Source: an uncultured bacterium | GTDB lineage: Bacteria; Patescibacteriota; Microgenomatia; UBA1400; MFAQ01 | Direction of reading: 5' to 3' | DNA length: 64,000 nt | Assembly (NCBI GenBank): GCA_963980225.1 | Contig: CAXBYW010000001.1 | Coordinates: forward strand, 35,301-99,300 | Shown here: positions 1-8,353 of the stretch, piece after piece | How positions within the stretch are numbered: the stretch's first letter is position 1 | Layout: every line of letters begins with the position of its first letter | Made by a program: the position numbers and the translations under genes | The notes under the pieces: generated by a model | The model's input: only the letters and a program-made list of their open reading frames with translations | Databases searched by the model: none | Told to the model about the DNA's origin: nothing

Positions 1-2
1 GT

Positions 3-674
3 TTTTCTGTCTCTGTAAACAAGGGTTTTAAAGCTTCTGACTCAGACTTTGTCCTACTTTTAAACAACGACGTTTACCCCACTAAACCCTATCTAGAAAA
101 AGCTTTAAAACACTTTCAAGACCCAAAGGTTTTTGCCGTCACCTTAAACGAAAAAAACTCTTCTTGGCCAAAAGTATCTTGGAGCAAGGGTAAGTTTCAG
201 TACACTCAAGGGGAAGACAAAACAAAAGTTCGCCACACACCTTGGGCTTCTGGTGGCAGCGCCATATTCAAAAAATCAATCTGGGATGAGCTTGGTGGTC
301 TAAACGAGATCTACTCACCCGGTTACTGGGAAGACATCGACATCGGTTGGCGAGCTTGGAAACAAGGCTACAAGATTATCTGGGAACCAGACGCAACCGT
401 AGTTCATCAACACGAATCTTCTTTTAAAAAACTAGATCAAAACTGGCTTAATCTAATAAAACAAAGAAACGAGCTGTTATTCATCTGGCAAAACTTCTCC
501 AACCCTAAATACGTTCTGTCTCACCTGTGGTTTTTGCTCTCCTACACCCTAACTCATCCAGGATTTTCAAAGGTTATTTTTGCAGCCACCAAAAGTCTTT
601 CTCAGTTCAAGCGTATAAAAAATGCTAAGCTCTCAGATACAGAGGTATTAAAAATAAGTAATCAACTCCTATGA
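3..674 (+). CDS. Glycosyltransferase family 2, C-terminal part; the 5' end is cut by the window edge
   Basis: Frame-3 ORF is open from the window start to TGA at 672-674. The translation (…WASGGSAIFKKSIWDELGGLNEIYSPGYWEDIDIGWRAWKQGYKIIWEPDATVVH…) is typical of the GT2 catalytic domain C-terminal region. The stop overlaps the next ATG (ATGA). Confidence 0.6.
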   Translation, partial: FSVSVNKGFKASDSDFVLLLNNDVYPTKPYLEKALKHFQDPKVFAVTLNEKNSSWPKVSWSKGKFQYTQGEDKTKVRHTPWASGGSAIFKKSIWDELGGLNEIYSPGYWEDIDIGWRAWKQGYKIIWEPDATVVHQHESSFKKLDQNWLNLIKQRNELLFIWQNFSNPKYVLSHLWFLLSYTLTHPGFSKVIFAATKSLSQFKRIKNAKLSDTEVLKISNQLL

Positions 675-1477
675 AGTTCGACATCTCAATAATTACTATC
701 CCTTACAAGTCAGAAAAACACATAGGTCCCTTACTGGACTCCATAAAAAAGTCTAAAGACGGTTTGAAAAAACAAGTTATCGTTATCGACAACTACGGCC
801 AAGAGGACAAATCAGCCCAGATTGCCAAAGACCATCCAATAAAACCCATTGTTTTAGAGCCAGGAGCAAACCTTGGTTTTGCTAAAGGAGTCAATCTAGG
901 TTTAGAAAAAGCTACAGGTAAGTACATATTTCTAATCAACCCAGACACCACCTTAGTCGGAAACGCTCTTAAGGATCTATATGATTTTGCTGAAAAGCAG
1001 GAAGTCTTAGGTGCCGTAGTTCCAAGTTTAGTTTTCCCAGACAACAAAGCTCAACCATCAGTCATGAGGCTCCCTAATATAGGAAACGCTTTTAAACACT
1101 ACTTCCTAGGTTACAAAAACCATTTCGGTAAATACTTGCCAAAGGGAAAAGTCGCTAAGGTAGAAGTGGCTGTCATGGCTGCCTTCCTCATACCTGCAAA
1201 GGTGATTAAACAAATAGGTGAGTTAGATAAACGGTTTTTTCTTTACTACGAAGATGTAGAATTTTGCCACCGACTTTTAAAAGCCAATCTACCAATCTAC
1301 TATTTATCAAAGGCCAAGGTAAAACATGTCCATGGTGCTAGTGCTAACTTTGTCAGTCACTTAAAAAGCCCACTAGCCAAATCTGCCCAGATCTACCACG
1401 GTAGAGTAGGGTCCTTCCTTTTAAATTGTGTTCTTTGGTCGGGTCAAAAATGGCAAAAGTTCATATTACGTAAATGA
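671..1477 (+). CDS. GT2 glycosyltransferase (WbbL/rhamnosyltransferase-like)
   Basis: 268 aa. N-terminal ISIITIPYKSEKHIGPLLDSI…VIDNYGQED and LGFAKGVN motifs of the GT2 nucleotide-sugar-binding fold. ATGA overlap with upstream gene. Confidence 0.7.
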   Translation: MKFDISIITIPYKSEKHIGPLLDSIKKSKDGLKKQVIVIDNYGQEDKSAQIAKDHPIKPIVLEPGANLGFAKGVNLGLEKATGKYIFLINPDTTLVGNALKDLYDFAEKQEVLGAVVPSLVFPDNKAQPSVMRLPNIGNAFKHYFLGYKNHFGKYLPKGKVAKVEVAVMAAFLIPAKVIKQIGELDKRFFLYYEDVEFCHRLLKANLPIYYLSKAKVKHVHGASANFVSHLKSPLAKSAQIYHGRVGSFLLNCVLWSGQKWQKFILRK

Positions 1478-2610
1478 AAACCATCCTTAGTAAGCTTGCT
1501 TCAATCAAGTACTTGCTTCTTCTAGCCTTCTTTGTAAGATTATTTTTTATATATTTCCAGTACTCTGGTGATGTAGGTAATCATCTAGTGTGGGGTAGAG
1601 GAGCACTAGAAGGGACCTTAGGTTTCTACAATAAATCCTTTTCTGGTTTCAATCAGCCAAACTATCCACCTCTCACCATTCTTTTATTTTCTTTCTCGGC
1701 CTGGCTTTACCAGCTGTTTCAAAATTTAATTCTTTTCATAAACCAGGCAGTTCCCCTTTTTCCTTCGAAAATCGTTCCTCTCATGGAGACTCTAAATATG
1801 CAGGCTGCCTTTTTAAAACTACCAGCTATCTTAGCTGACCTAGGTATCGGCTGGTTAATTTACAAGTTAGCTCCCGTTAAAAAAACTGGCACAAAACTTC
1901 TACTATCCAGTCTCTACCTCTTTAATCCAGCCATAATTTATATAAGTACAATCTGGGGTCAGATAGAGTCAATTCCAGTTTTCTTTATCCTTTTATCTTT
2001 ATATCTTATTAAACGTAACTATCTTTACTCCCATGTTTTCTTTACCCTAGCCATCCTTTCCAAGCAAACCGCTCTTTGGATTCTACCTGTTTTTCTCGTT
2101 TTATGGTTAAAAAATAAACCTCTAAAAGTCTTTTTTAAAGGAATCCTTCTGCAGGTCATAGTCTTCATCTTGTTATATCTTCCCTTTACTTTAAGTCTCA
2201 CAGAACCATTTAAACTATATCTTGAAACTTTATCCGGTTCTTCTGCCTTGGTTTCAGATGCCGCTTGGAACATCTGGTATTTTATTTATCCACCTCAAAC
2301 CCTAGACTCTACTTTGTTGCTAGGGTTGTCCATTCGTCTCTGGTCGATTTTACTTATCCTGTCTTCTGTTGTTTTTATAGTCTTCAACTTACTTAAAAAA
2401 AAGATCTCCCTTTATCCATCTCTATTTTGGCTTTCCATGGTTGCCTTTTTCTTACAGACCAGGGTTCATGAACGCCATCTATTTCCAGCTCTTGTCTTCT
2501 TGTTACTAATTAACTTTAAAAACAAAAATTATCTTTATTTATCTTTTACTGGTCTAACCTTGTATCATATGTTTAACCTATACCAAAGCCTAGCACTACC
2601 GTTCATATGA
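1474..2610 (+). CDS. Polytopic membrane protein, candidate GT-C glycosyltransferase (DUF2029/GT87-like)
   Basis: 378 aa with about 9 predicted TM helices. N-terminal loop GDVGNHLVWGRGALEG…FY…NYPPL resembles the first-loop motif of GT87/DUF2029 membrane mannosyltransferases. Translationally coupled to flanking GT genes. Confidence 0.4.
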   Translation: MKTILSKLASIKYLLLLAFFVRLFFIYFQYSGDVGNHLVWGRGALEGTLGFYNKSFSGFNQPNYPPLTILLFSFSAWLYQLFQNLILFINQAVPLFPSKIVPLMETLNMQAAFLKLPAILADLGIGWLIYKLAPVKKTGTKLLLSSLYLFNPAIIYISTIWGQIESIPVFFILLSLYLIKRNYLYSHVFFTLAILSKQTALWILPVFLVLWLKNKPLKVFFKGILLQVIVFILLYLPFTLSLTEPFKLYLETLSGSSALVSDAAWNIWYFIYPPQTLDSTLLLGLSIRLWSILLILSSVVFIVFNLLKKKISLYPSLFWLSMVAFFLQTRVHERHLFPALVFLLLINFKNKNYLYLSFTGLTLYHMFNLYQSLALPFI

Positions 2611-4244
2611 TCTATTTAATACTTACCCTTGCTGCTTTCCTAAGACTTTTTCAACTAGGAGGTCTCCCTATCTCCCTTTTTGGTGATGAAATCGACGTGG
2701 GCTATCACGCTTGGTCTTTAGTCACCACAGGTCGTGACTACATGGGTAACTTGCTCCCAACCTACATCCAGAGCCTGGCAGAATGGCGTGCACCTCTTTT
2801 AATGTATGTCACCGCTCCATTCATCAAATTACTAGGCCCCACACCTTTTGCTGTTCGTCTGCCCGTAGCTCTTCTGGGGGTTCTCAACATCTACCTTATT
2901 TACTTATTAGCCAGAAAGCTATTTAAAAGTAAGTATGTTGGTCTTCTGTCAGCTCTAATTCTTGCTCTCACACCTTGGCACATCCATTACTCTAGAGCGG
3001 CTTTCGAGTCCACCCTTCTTCTCACTCTTCTTCTGTCCGGCACCTTGTTTTTTGTTGTTAAACGTTACTCCTTATCAATATTAAGCTTCATTCTTACTTT
3101 ATATACCTACTCAACCGCTAACCTCTTTACTCCGCTACTTGCCCTATCCTTGTTTTTAATCTACAAAAGTAAAGATACAACTGCCAAGCTTTTTAAGAAG
3201 TCATGCCTACTTCTTTTACTACTACCCATCGCTTACCACCTTACTCTAGGTCAAGCGGCCGGTCGCTTCAGTCTCGTTAGTGTATTTAAAGATAAAGAAA
3301 TAACCTACGACATAATCAACCAACGCACCTCACCTTGGGTTGACCAAAATGATGTTGAAGAAAAAATATTCCACAACAAGGCCATCTCTTATGCTGGCAA
3401 AGTGGGCTCAAACTACCTATCTGCTTTTTCTCCTCAGTTCTTGTTCATCTCTGGTGACCCTAACTTCAGACACTCAGTAGGTAGATTTGGAGAACTTCTC
3501 TGGGCCACCGCACCATTTTTACTTCTTGGGTTTGTTATTTTAGTTAAAAATATCAGAAAGAAAGAAAACAAATTGATCTTGGCTTGGCTTTTACTATCTC
3601 CCATCCCTTCTGCTCTTACTTTTGATGGCGCTATGCACGCTACCCGCTTAATTCTTATGCTTCCACCTTTAGTCATGATCACTGCCTTGGGTATAAAGCA
3701 CATCTCTGCTTTGGTAACCAACAAAAAGATATTCAAGGTCTACGCCTTTATATTCTTTCTCATCTTAGCTCTAAGTTCTAGAGCCTACTGGCATCGCTAC
3801 TCATTCCACTACAAATTTGAATCAGCTCGTCACTGGCATGATGGTTACCAAGAAATCGGTAACAAGCTAGCACCAAGGTTAGAATCAGCCGGGAGAGTTT
3901 TTATAAACAACACCTACGAACCATCACTATTAAAGTTTGCCTTTTTTGCCAAGTATCCACCCGTCAAGTTCCAGCAAGATTTTACAGGAGATGTTCCAGA
4001 AGAAAACATAATACCAGGCTTTGACGGTTTCAAGTTTGCAGACAAGTACTACTTTGGTAATGCAAGAAACTTAAGCGACCTATTTAAAATTCTAGAGCCA
4101 GGTGATATCTACTTAGCCGTTCAAAGCAAAGAAGTGCCAGGGGACTGGGACTGGTCAAAGGAACCACCACAAGAACTAAAGGTTTTAGACTACACTAAGG
4201 ATGTATTTAACTCTCCGCTTTTTTATCTAGTTTCTCCTCGATAA
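2607..4244 (+). CDS. ArnT/PMT-like GT-C glycosyltransferase (GT39/83-like), tandem paralog 1 of 5
   Basis: 545 aa. N-terminal LRLFQLGGLP…DEIDVGYHAWSLVTTGRD, the DE loop motif of PMT_2/ArnT-like enzymes, and AVRLPVALLGVL. Polytopic membrane domain plus C-terminal soluble domain of about 200 aa. Confidence 0.75.
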   Translation: MIYLILTLAAFLRLFQLGGLPISLFGDEIDVGYHAWSLVTTGRDYMGNLLPTYIQSLAEWRAPLLMYVTAPFIKLLGPTPFAVRLPVALLGVLNIYLIYLLARKLFKSKYVGLLSALILALTPWHIHYSRAAFESTLLLTLLLSGTLFFVVKRYSLSILSFILTLYTYSTANLFTPLLALSLFLIYKSKDTTAKLFKKSCLLLLLLPIAYHLTLGQAAGRFSLVSVFKDKEITYDIINQRTSPWVDQNDVEEKIFHNKAISYAGKVGSNYLSAFSPQFLFISGDPNFRHSVGRFGELLWATAPFLLLGFVILVKNIRKKENKLILAWLLLSPIPSALTFDGAMHATRLILMLPPLVMITALGIKHISALVTNKKIFKVYAFIFFLILALSSRAYWHRYSFHYKFESARHWHDGYQEIGNKLAPRLESAGRVFINNTYEPSLLKFAFFAKYPPVKFQQDFTGDVPEENIIPGFDGFKFADKYYFGNARNLSDLFKILEPGDIYLAVQSKEVPGDWDWSKEPPQELKVLDYTKDVFNSPLFYLVSPR

Positions 4245-4653
4245 TCTTAATAGTCATCGGAAATCCAGACGGTGTTATATTCATTCCTGCTACCAAGTCA
4301 CTATCATCAACAATCTCTCCGTTAACTGGGCTCACCAAAGTTAATTTATCCATCATGTATTTTTGTTTCTCTACTTTTTTTACTGCTACATCTAGTTTTG
4401 CCTGAGCAATTTCCTTGACACCTTTTTCCTCCTCATTTTGGGGACTAGGTAGCTTCCTGGCTACATCTTCAAACTCTGCTCTAGCTCGTCGATAGTTAGC
4501 CAGGTCAATATCGAGGTCAATTTTATCTAGTTTGTCATCTAGTTTAGCCAGTCCTTGTCCTTTTTTGACAATATCTCCTTTTTTTACACCTACCCACACT
4601 ACAGTTCCTCCTTGGTAAAACCTCATCTTGATCTTTTTGTATTTGGTCGCCAT
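4207..4653 (-). CDS. HlyD/membrane-fusion-protein-like fragment (lipoyl-hairpin region only); probable gene remnant
   Basis: 148 aa. GGTVVWVGVKKGDIVKKGQGLAKLD, then a coiled-coil segment, then LTLVSPVNGEIV, which is the classic periplasmic adaptor lipoyl-domain split motif. It lacks the N-terminal TM anchor and the C-terminal beta-barrel/MP domains. It overlaps the 3' end of the upstream GT39 gene by 38 nt in antisense. Confidence 0.4.
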   Translation of the reverse strand: MATKYKKIKMRFYQGGTVVWVGVKKGDIVKKGQGLAKLDDKLDKIDLDIDLANYRRARAEFEDVARKLPSPQNEEEKGVKEIAQAKLDVAVKKVEKQKYMMDKLTLVSPVNGEIVDDSDLVAGMNITPSGFPMTIKIIEEKLDKKAES

Positions 4654-4731
4654 ACATCCAGCTTATCACAAAATATTATTTGTCAAAACAAACAACTTCC
4701 CTCAAGCTTTATTTTAGTACAATAAGCATAC

Positions 4732-6378
4732 ATGATAAAAAAGGGTTTAATCATAGTTTTAATTTTGGGTGCAGTTTTAAGACTGGTATCTTTGGGACAG
4801 GTCCCCGCAGGCATCTCTCCGGATGAAGTCTCTCAAGGATACAGCGCCTACTCTCTTTTAAAGACGGGTCAAGACGAATGGGGACTATCATGGCCCTTAA
4901 CCTCCTTTAGATCGTTTGTAGACTACAAGGCTCCTCTACAGACCTATTTAATGATCCCTTCAGTTGCTGTTTTTGGCCTAAATGAGTTTGCCGTTCGTCT
5001 CCCCTCAGCTATCTTTGGCATACTAGCCATCTACGTTGTTTACTTACTCACCAGTGAGTTGTTCAACAAAAAAACGGGTCTAGTCGCTGCCTTTCTCTTA
5101 GCCATCTCTCCTTGGCACATCCAGTTCTCTCGCACCGCTCTAGAGGTCAATCTTTCTTCCTTTCTTTTTCCCTTAGGTCTGTACCTTTTCCTAAAAGGCC
5201 TTAAAAAACCAAAGACCCTAATTCTTGCAAGTTTAGTCTGGGGATTAAACCTTTACTCGTATCACGCCGCTAAGTTCTTTCTCCCTCTGTTCTTAGTACC
5301 TTTAGTTCTCATCAATCTAGAATCGCTTAAAAAAATAAAGGTAAAACAACTCACCATTCCCCTAGCACTCCTTTTATTTTTCTTACTACCCTCTCTTTAT
5401 CTAAGTTTCTTTAGTCCCGTCGGTGCCAGAAACAAAGACTTAATCATCACGAACTTGAATCAATCCCAACTAGAGTCAATCTCAAGCGAGCAGTATCTCT
5501 CACCTTTAAATAAAATATCTCCTCAACTAACCCGAGTCTTTCACAACAAAGCGATCTACATAGCTGATCAGTTTGCCAGTAACTACCTGACCTACCTTAC
5601 TCCCACATTTTGGTTTACAGAAGGAGGCAGCGAAACCACCTACTCGATTATTCCTGGTAGGGGACTTCTATATCTCTGGCAACTACCATTTATTATCTTA
5701 GGTTTAGTAAGCTTGCTGTCCATAAAAAACAAAAAGACCAAAGCAATTTTACTTTCCTGGATCTTACTTGCCGCTATTCCGGCTGCTTTAACCAAAGAAG
5801 GCTATCGCCCCAACAGGGCAGGGTCATTCTTAGGATTATGGGAAATCATCACCGCTTTTGGTTTAGTCCAACTACTCAAACTACCAGCAAGATACAAAAA
5901 AGCTACCCATTACATATTAGGCATAGTCATCCTAGCCTCATCTGTTCTATATATAGAAGACTACTGGCTTGCCTCACCCATTAGGTTCCCCAACAGCCTA
6001 TCTTATGGCTACCGTGACTTGATGACTAAGCTAGTCCCCTTAGAAGAAGAATTTGACGAGATAATAATAAATAGGGGCACTCAGTCCCAGTCCTTTGTCG
6101 CTTTTTACAAGAAGCTAGATCCAGTTATTTTTCAAAGTTACTCATCTGATTGGTGGAAAAGGTTTGAAAAGACAGATCTTTTATACCTAGACATGTTAGA
6201 TGACTATCAGTTAGAGAATTACAGATTCAAGACAATCCACTTACCAGAGGACTTAGGGGAGCACACACTACTAGTCTTACCGGCCAAAACTTTAGATCAT
6301 CAGTACCTGCCTTTTGTCTTTGACACCGTCTTTTATCCCAACAGGGAACCGTTCCTTTATTTACTTAAAAGCAAATGA
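4732..6378 (+). CDS. ArnT/PMT-like GT-C glycosyltransferase, tandem paralog 2
   Basis: 548 aa. LRLVSLGQVPAGISPDEVSQGYSAYSLLKTGQDEWG, FVDYKAPLQTYL, AVRLPSAIFGILAIY. C-terminal motif YPNREPFLY. TACAAT at 4718-4723, 8 nt upstream of the ATG. Confidence 0.75.
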   Translation: MIKKGLIIVLILGAVLRLVSLGQVPAGISPDEVSQGYSAYSLLKTGQDEWGLSWPLTSFRSFVDYKAPLQTYLMIPSVAVFGLNEFAVRLPSAIFGILAIYVVYLLTSELFNKKTGLVAAFLLAISPWHIQFSRTALEVNLSSFLFPLGLYLFLKGLKKPKTLILASLVWGLNLYSYHAAKFFLPLFLVPLVLINLESLKKIKVKQLTIPLALLLFFLLPSLYLSFFSPVGARNKDLIITNLNQSQLESISSEQYLSPLNKISPQLTRVFHNKAIYIADQFASNYLTYLTPTFWFTEGGSETTYSIIPGRGLLYLWQLPFIILGLVSLLSIKNKKTKAILLSWILLAAIPAALTKEGYRPNRAGSFLGLWEIITAFGLVQLLKLPARYKKATHYILGIVILASSVLYIEDYWLASPIRFPNSLSYGYRDLMTKLVPLEEEFDEIIINRGTQSQSFVAFYKKLDPVIFQSYSSDWWKRFEKTDLLYLDMLDDYQLENYRFKTIHLPEDLGEHTLLVLPAKTLDHQYLPFVFDTVFYPNREPFLYLLKSK

Positions 6379-8048
6379 AGCTTTTAAAAAAACCTTGGGT
6401 TGCCTTACTACTAATTACTTTCTTTGCTTTTGGTCAAAGGTTTTTTAATATATCCTCAAATCCTCCAGCTTTAAACTGGGACGAAGTCAGCCATGGCTAC
6501 AACGCTCTTTCAATCTTAAAGACGGGTGCAGATGAATGGGGTGTAAGGTTTCCCTTAATATTTAAAGCCTTCGGTGACTACAAACTTCCTTTATATATCT
6601 ATCTAACCGCCATCCCAGTATATTTTCTAGGGTTAACTACCACCGCCGTCCGTTTAGTTTCTGTTTTAGCCGGCACCCTAGCCATTCCTGGTATCTATCT
6701 ATTAACCAATCAACTATTCCCTAAGAAAAAATCACTACCCTTTTTGGTCGCCTTCCTTTTAGCTATCAATCCTTGGCACTTCTTTATATCAAGACCTGCT
6801 TTAGAAGCCAATCTAGCTTTAACCTTAATCATCTTTGGTTTTTACTGTTTACTTAAGGCTTTTAAAAATCCTAAGTTCTATTTACCGTCATCTATCTTGT
6901 TAGGTCTGTCTCTTCATACATACAATGTCTCTCGTGTCTTTGTTCCCCTCCTTCTTATTATCTTCTTTATCATCTACCGTCCCAAGTTTAAATTTGACCT
7001 AGTCCGCACCATCTCAGTCGCTATCATCACTCTTTTCTTCTCCATAGTCGCTTATCAAGTTTTTTCTGGCAGTGGTACTGCTCGCTACTCCAAAATATCT
7101 ATTCTCTCAGACTCAGCCGTTTATCAGTTAGGTTTATCTAGAGCAGACAGTTCTCTACCTCCACTTTTGGCTAAACTTCGTTTTAATCGCCCAATTTATT
7201 TTTTATCCGAGTTTGCTAAATACTACCTATCTTACTTCTCTCCAAACTTTATCTATCAATCTCAAGGTGCTCAGTATCAGTTTGCCATCCCGGGTAAAAA
7301 TCTATTCACCTTACCAGTCAGTATCTTAAGTTTAATTGGCGGGCTCTATCTACTGCTAAAAGAAAGATCTAAATCTACCTATCTTTTGTTCTCCTGGCTT
7401 TTACTATCTCCAGTCGGGGCCGCTCTAACAGCTGACCCGCCTCAAGCCATACGTCCAAACCCCATGATTCCAGCAGTTATAATTCTTGCTAGCATTGGTT
7501 TTTACTGGGTAGTTAGTCTTTTTAAAAAGCGTCGTTGGGCACAAGTTGCTATATCAGTATCATTAATTTTAAGCTGCTTACTAGGCTATATCCGCTATCT
7601 AGACTCTTACTACCAAGAGTATCAAACCAAATATGCCTGGTCCTGGCAGTATGGTCATGAAGAGACGCTAGAGTACATAGAAGAAAACAAAGATGATTAC
7701 GACAGGGTTATCTTTACCAAGTACTACGGTGAGCCTCACATCTTCTACGCCTTTTTCACCAATCTTGACCCTAAAAATCTCCAACCTGGTGGTGACAACA
7801 TTCGTTTCAAGAAAACAGACTGGTTCTGGACAGATAGAGTAAATACCACCTACTTTGTTAATGACTGGGAGATTCCTAAGCTACTAGAAGACACCCTTCC
7901 TCTAGAAAGTGGGGGACAAGTAGCTTTAGAAGATAGTCTATTGGTTTTCTCTCCTCAGAGTCTCCCCCAAAACGTAAAGATCTTAAAAACCATCAGCTTC
8001 CAAAACGATCTACCGGTCTTCTATATAGCTATCCTTGACAAAGACTGA
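6375..8048 (+). CDS. ArnT/PMT-like GT-C glycosyltransferase, tandem paralog 3
   Basis: 557 aa. NWDEVSHGYNALSILKTGADEWG, FGDYKLPLYIYL, AVRLVSVLAGTLAI. ATGA-coupled to paralog 2. Confidence 0.75.
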   Translation: MKLLKKPWVALLLITFFAFGQRFFNISSNPPALNWDEVSHGYNALSILKTGADEWGVRFPLIFKAFGDYKLPLYIYLTAIPVYFLGLTTTAVRLVSVLAGTLAIPGIYLLTNQLFPKKKSLPFLVAFLLAINPWHFFISRPALEANLALTLIIFGFYCLLKAFKNPKFYLPSSILLGLSLHTYNVSRVFVPLLLIIFFIIYRPKFKFDLVRTISVAIITLFFSIVAYQVFSGSGTARYSKISILSDSAVYQLGLSRADSSLPPLLAKLRFNRPIYFLSEFAKYYLSYFSPNFIYQSQGAQYQFAIPGKNLFTLPVSILSLIGGLYLLLKERSKSTYLLFSWLLLSPVGAALTADPPQAIRPNPMIPAVIILASIGFYWVVSLFKKRRWAQVAISVSLILSCLLGYIRYLDSYYQEYQTKYAWSWQYGHEETLEYIEENKDDYDRVIFTKYYGEPHIFYAFFTNLDPKNLQPGGDNIRFKKTDWFWTDRVNTTYFVNDWEIPKLLEDTLPLESGGQVALEDSLLVFSPQSLPQNVKILKTISFQNDLPVFYIAILDKD

Positions 8049-8062
8049 AAAACACCTATAAT
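8035..8062 (+). promoter_or_regulatory. Near-consensus sigma70-type promoter (TTGACA-N16-TATAAT)
   Basis: TTGACA at 8035-8040 lies inside the last codons of GT39 paralog 3. TATAAT is at 8057-8062, giving a predicted TSS near 8069. It sits upstream of the 60-aa ORF, which has its own GGAGG Shine-Dalgarno site. Confidence 0.55.
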
Positions 8063-8113
8063 ACGGGATACACCTTAAAAAGTTAAACTATAGAAATCTT
8101 AGAGGAGGTTTAA

Positions 8114-8296
8114 ATGCGCAAGTTCTTGCAGACATCTTTTGGCGAGTTCCTTATGCTTGTTCTATTTATTGCGCTCGCAAGTATTTTGATGTATGTGTGT
8201 AATGCTCCAACATCTTTAAATATCACATTCGTCATCGTTTTTTCAGTTTGTGGGGCAATAGCCTTCTTCATGACTCATACAAAACCTAAAGGCTAA
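8114..8296 (+). CDS. Small hydrophobic protein, 60 aa, two predicted TM helices
   Basis: MRKFLQTSFGEFLMLVLFIALASILMYVCNAPTSLNITFVIVFSVCGAIAFFMTHTKPKG. GGAGG Shine-Dalgarno at 8104-8108 with a 5-nt spacer. Dedicated promoter upstream and intrinsic terminator downstream. Confidence 0.6.
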   Translation: MRKFLQTSFGEFLMLVLFIALASILMYVCNAPTSLNITFVIVFSVCGAIAFFMTHTKPKG

Positions 8297-8322
8297 ACCA
8301 ACTCCACAATCTTCTTCTTCAC

Positions 8323-8353
8323 AGCTCTCGCTTATAATAGCGAGAGCTTTTTT
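8323..8353 (+). terminator. Rho-independent terminator
   Basis: Perfect 9-bp stem AGCTCTCGC / GCGAGAGCT with an 8-nt loop TTATAATA, followed by TTTTTT. It sits immediately 3' of the 60-aa ORF and abuts the ATG at 8354. Confidence 0.75.

Noticed and set aside
4654-4731. TTGACA on the minus strand (TTGTCAA on the plus strand) upstream of the HlyD-like fragment as a possible promoter
   Set aside because: No acceptable -10 hexamer at 16-18-nt spacing on the minus strand (the best spacing is 13 nt). It is not called.
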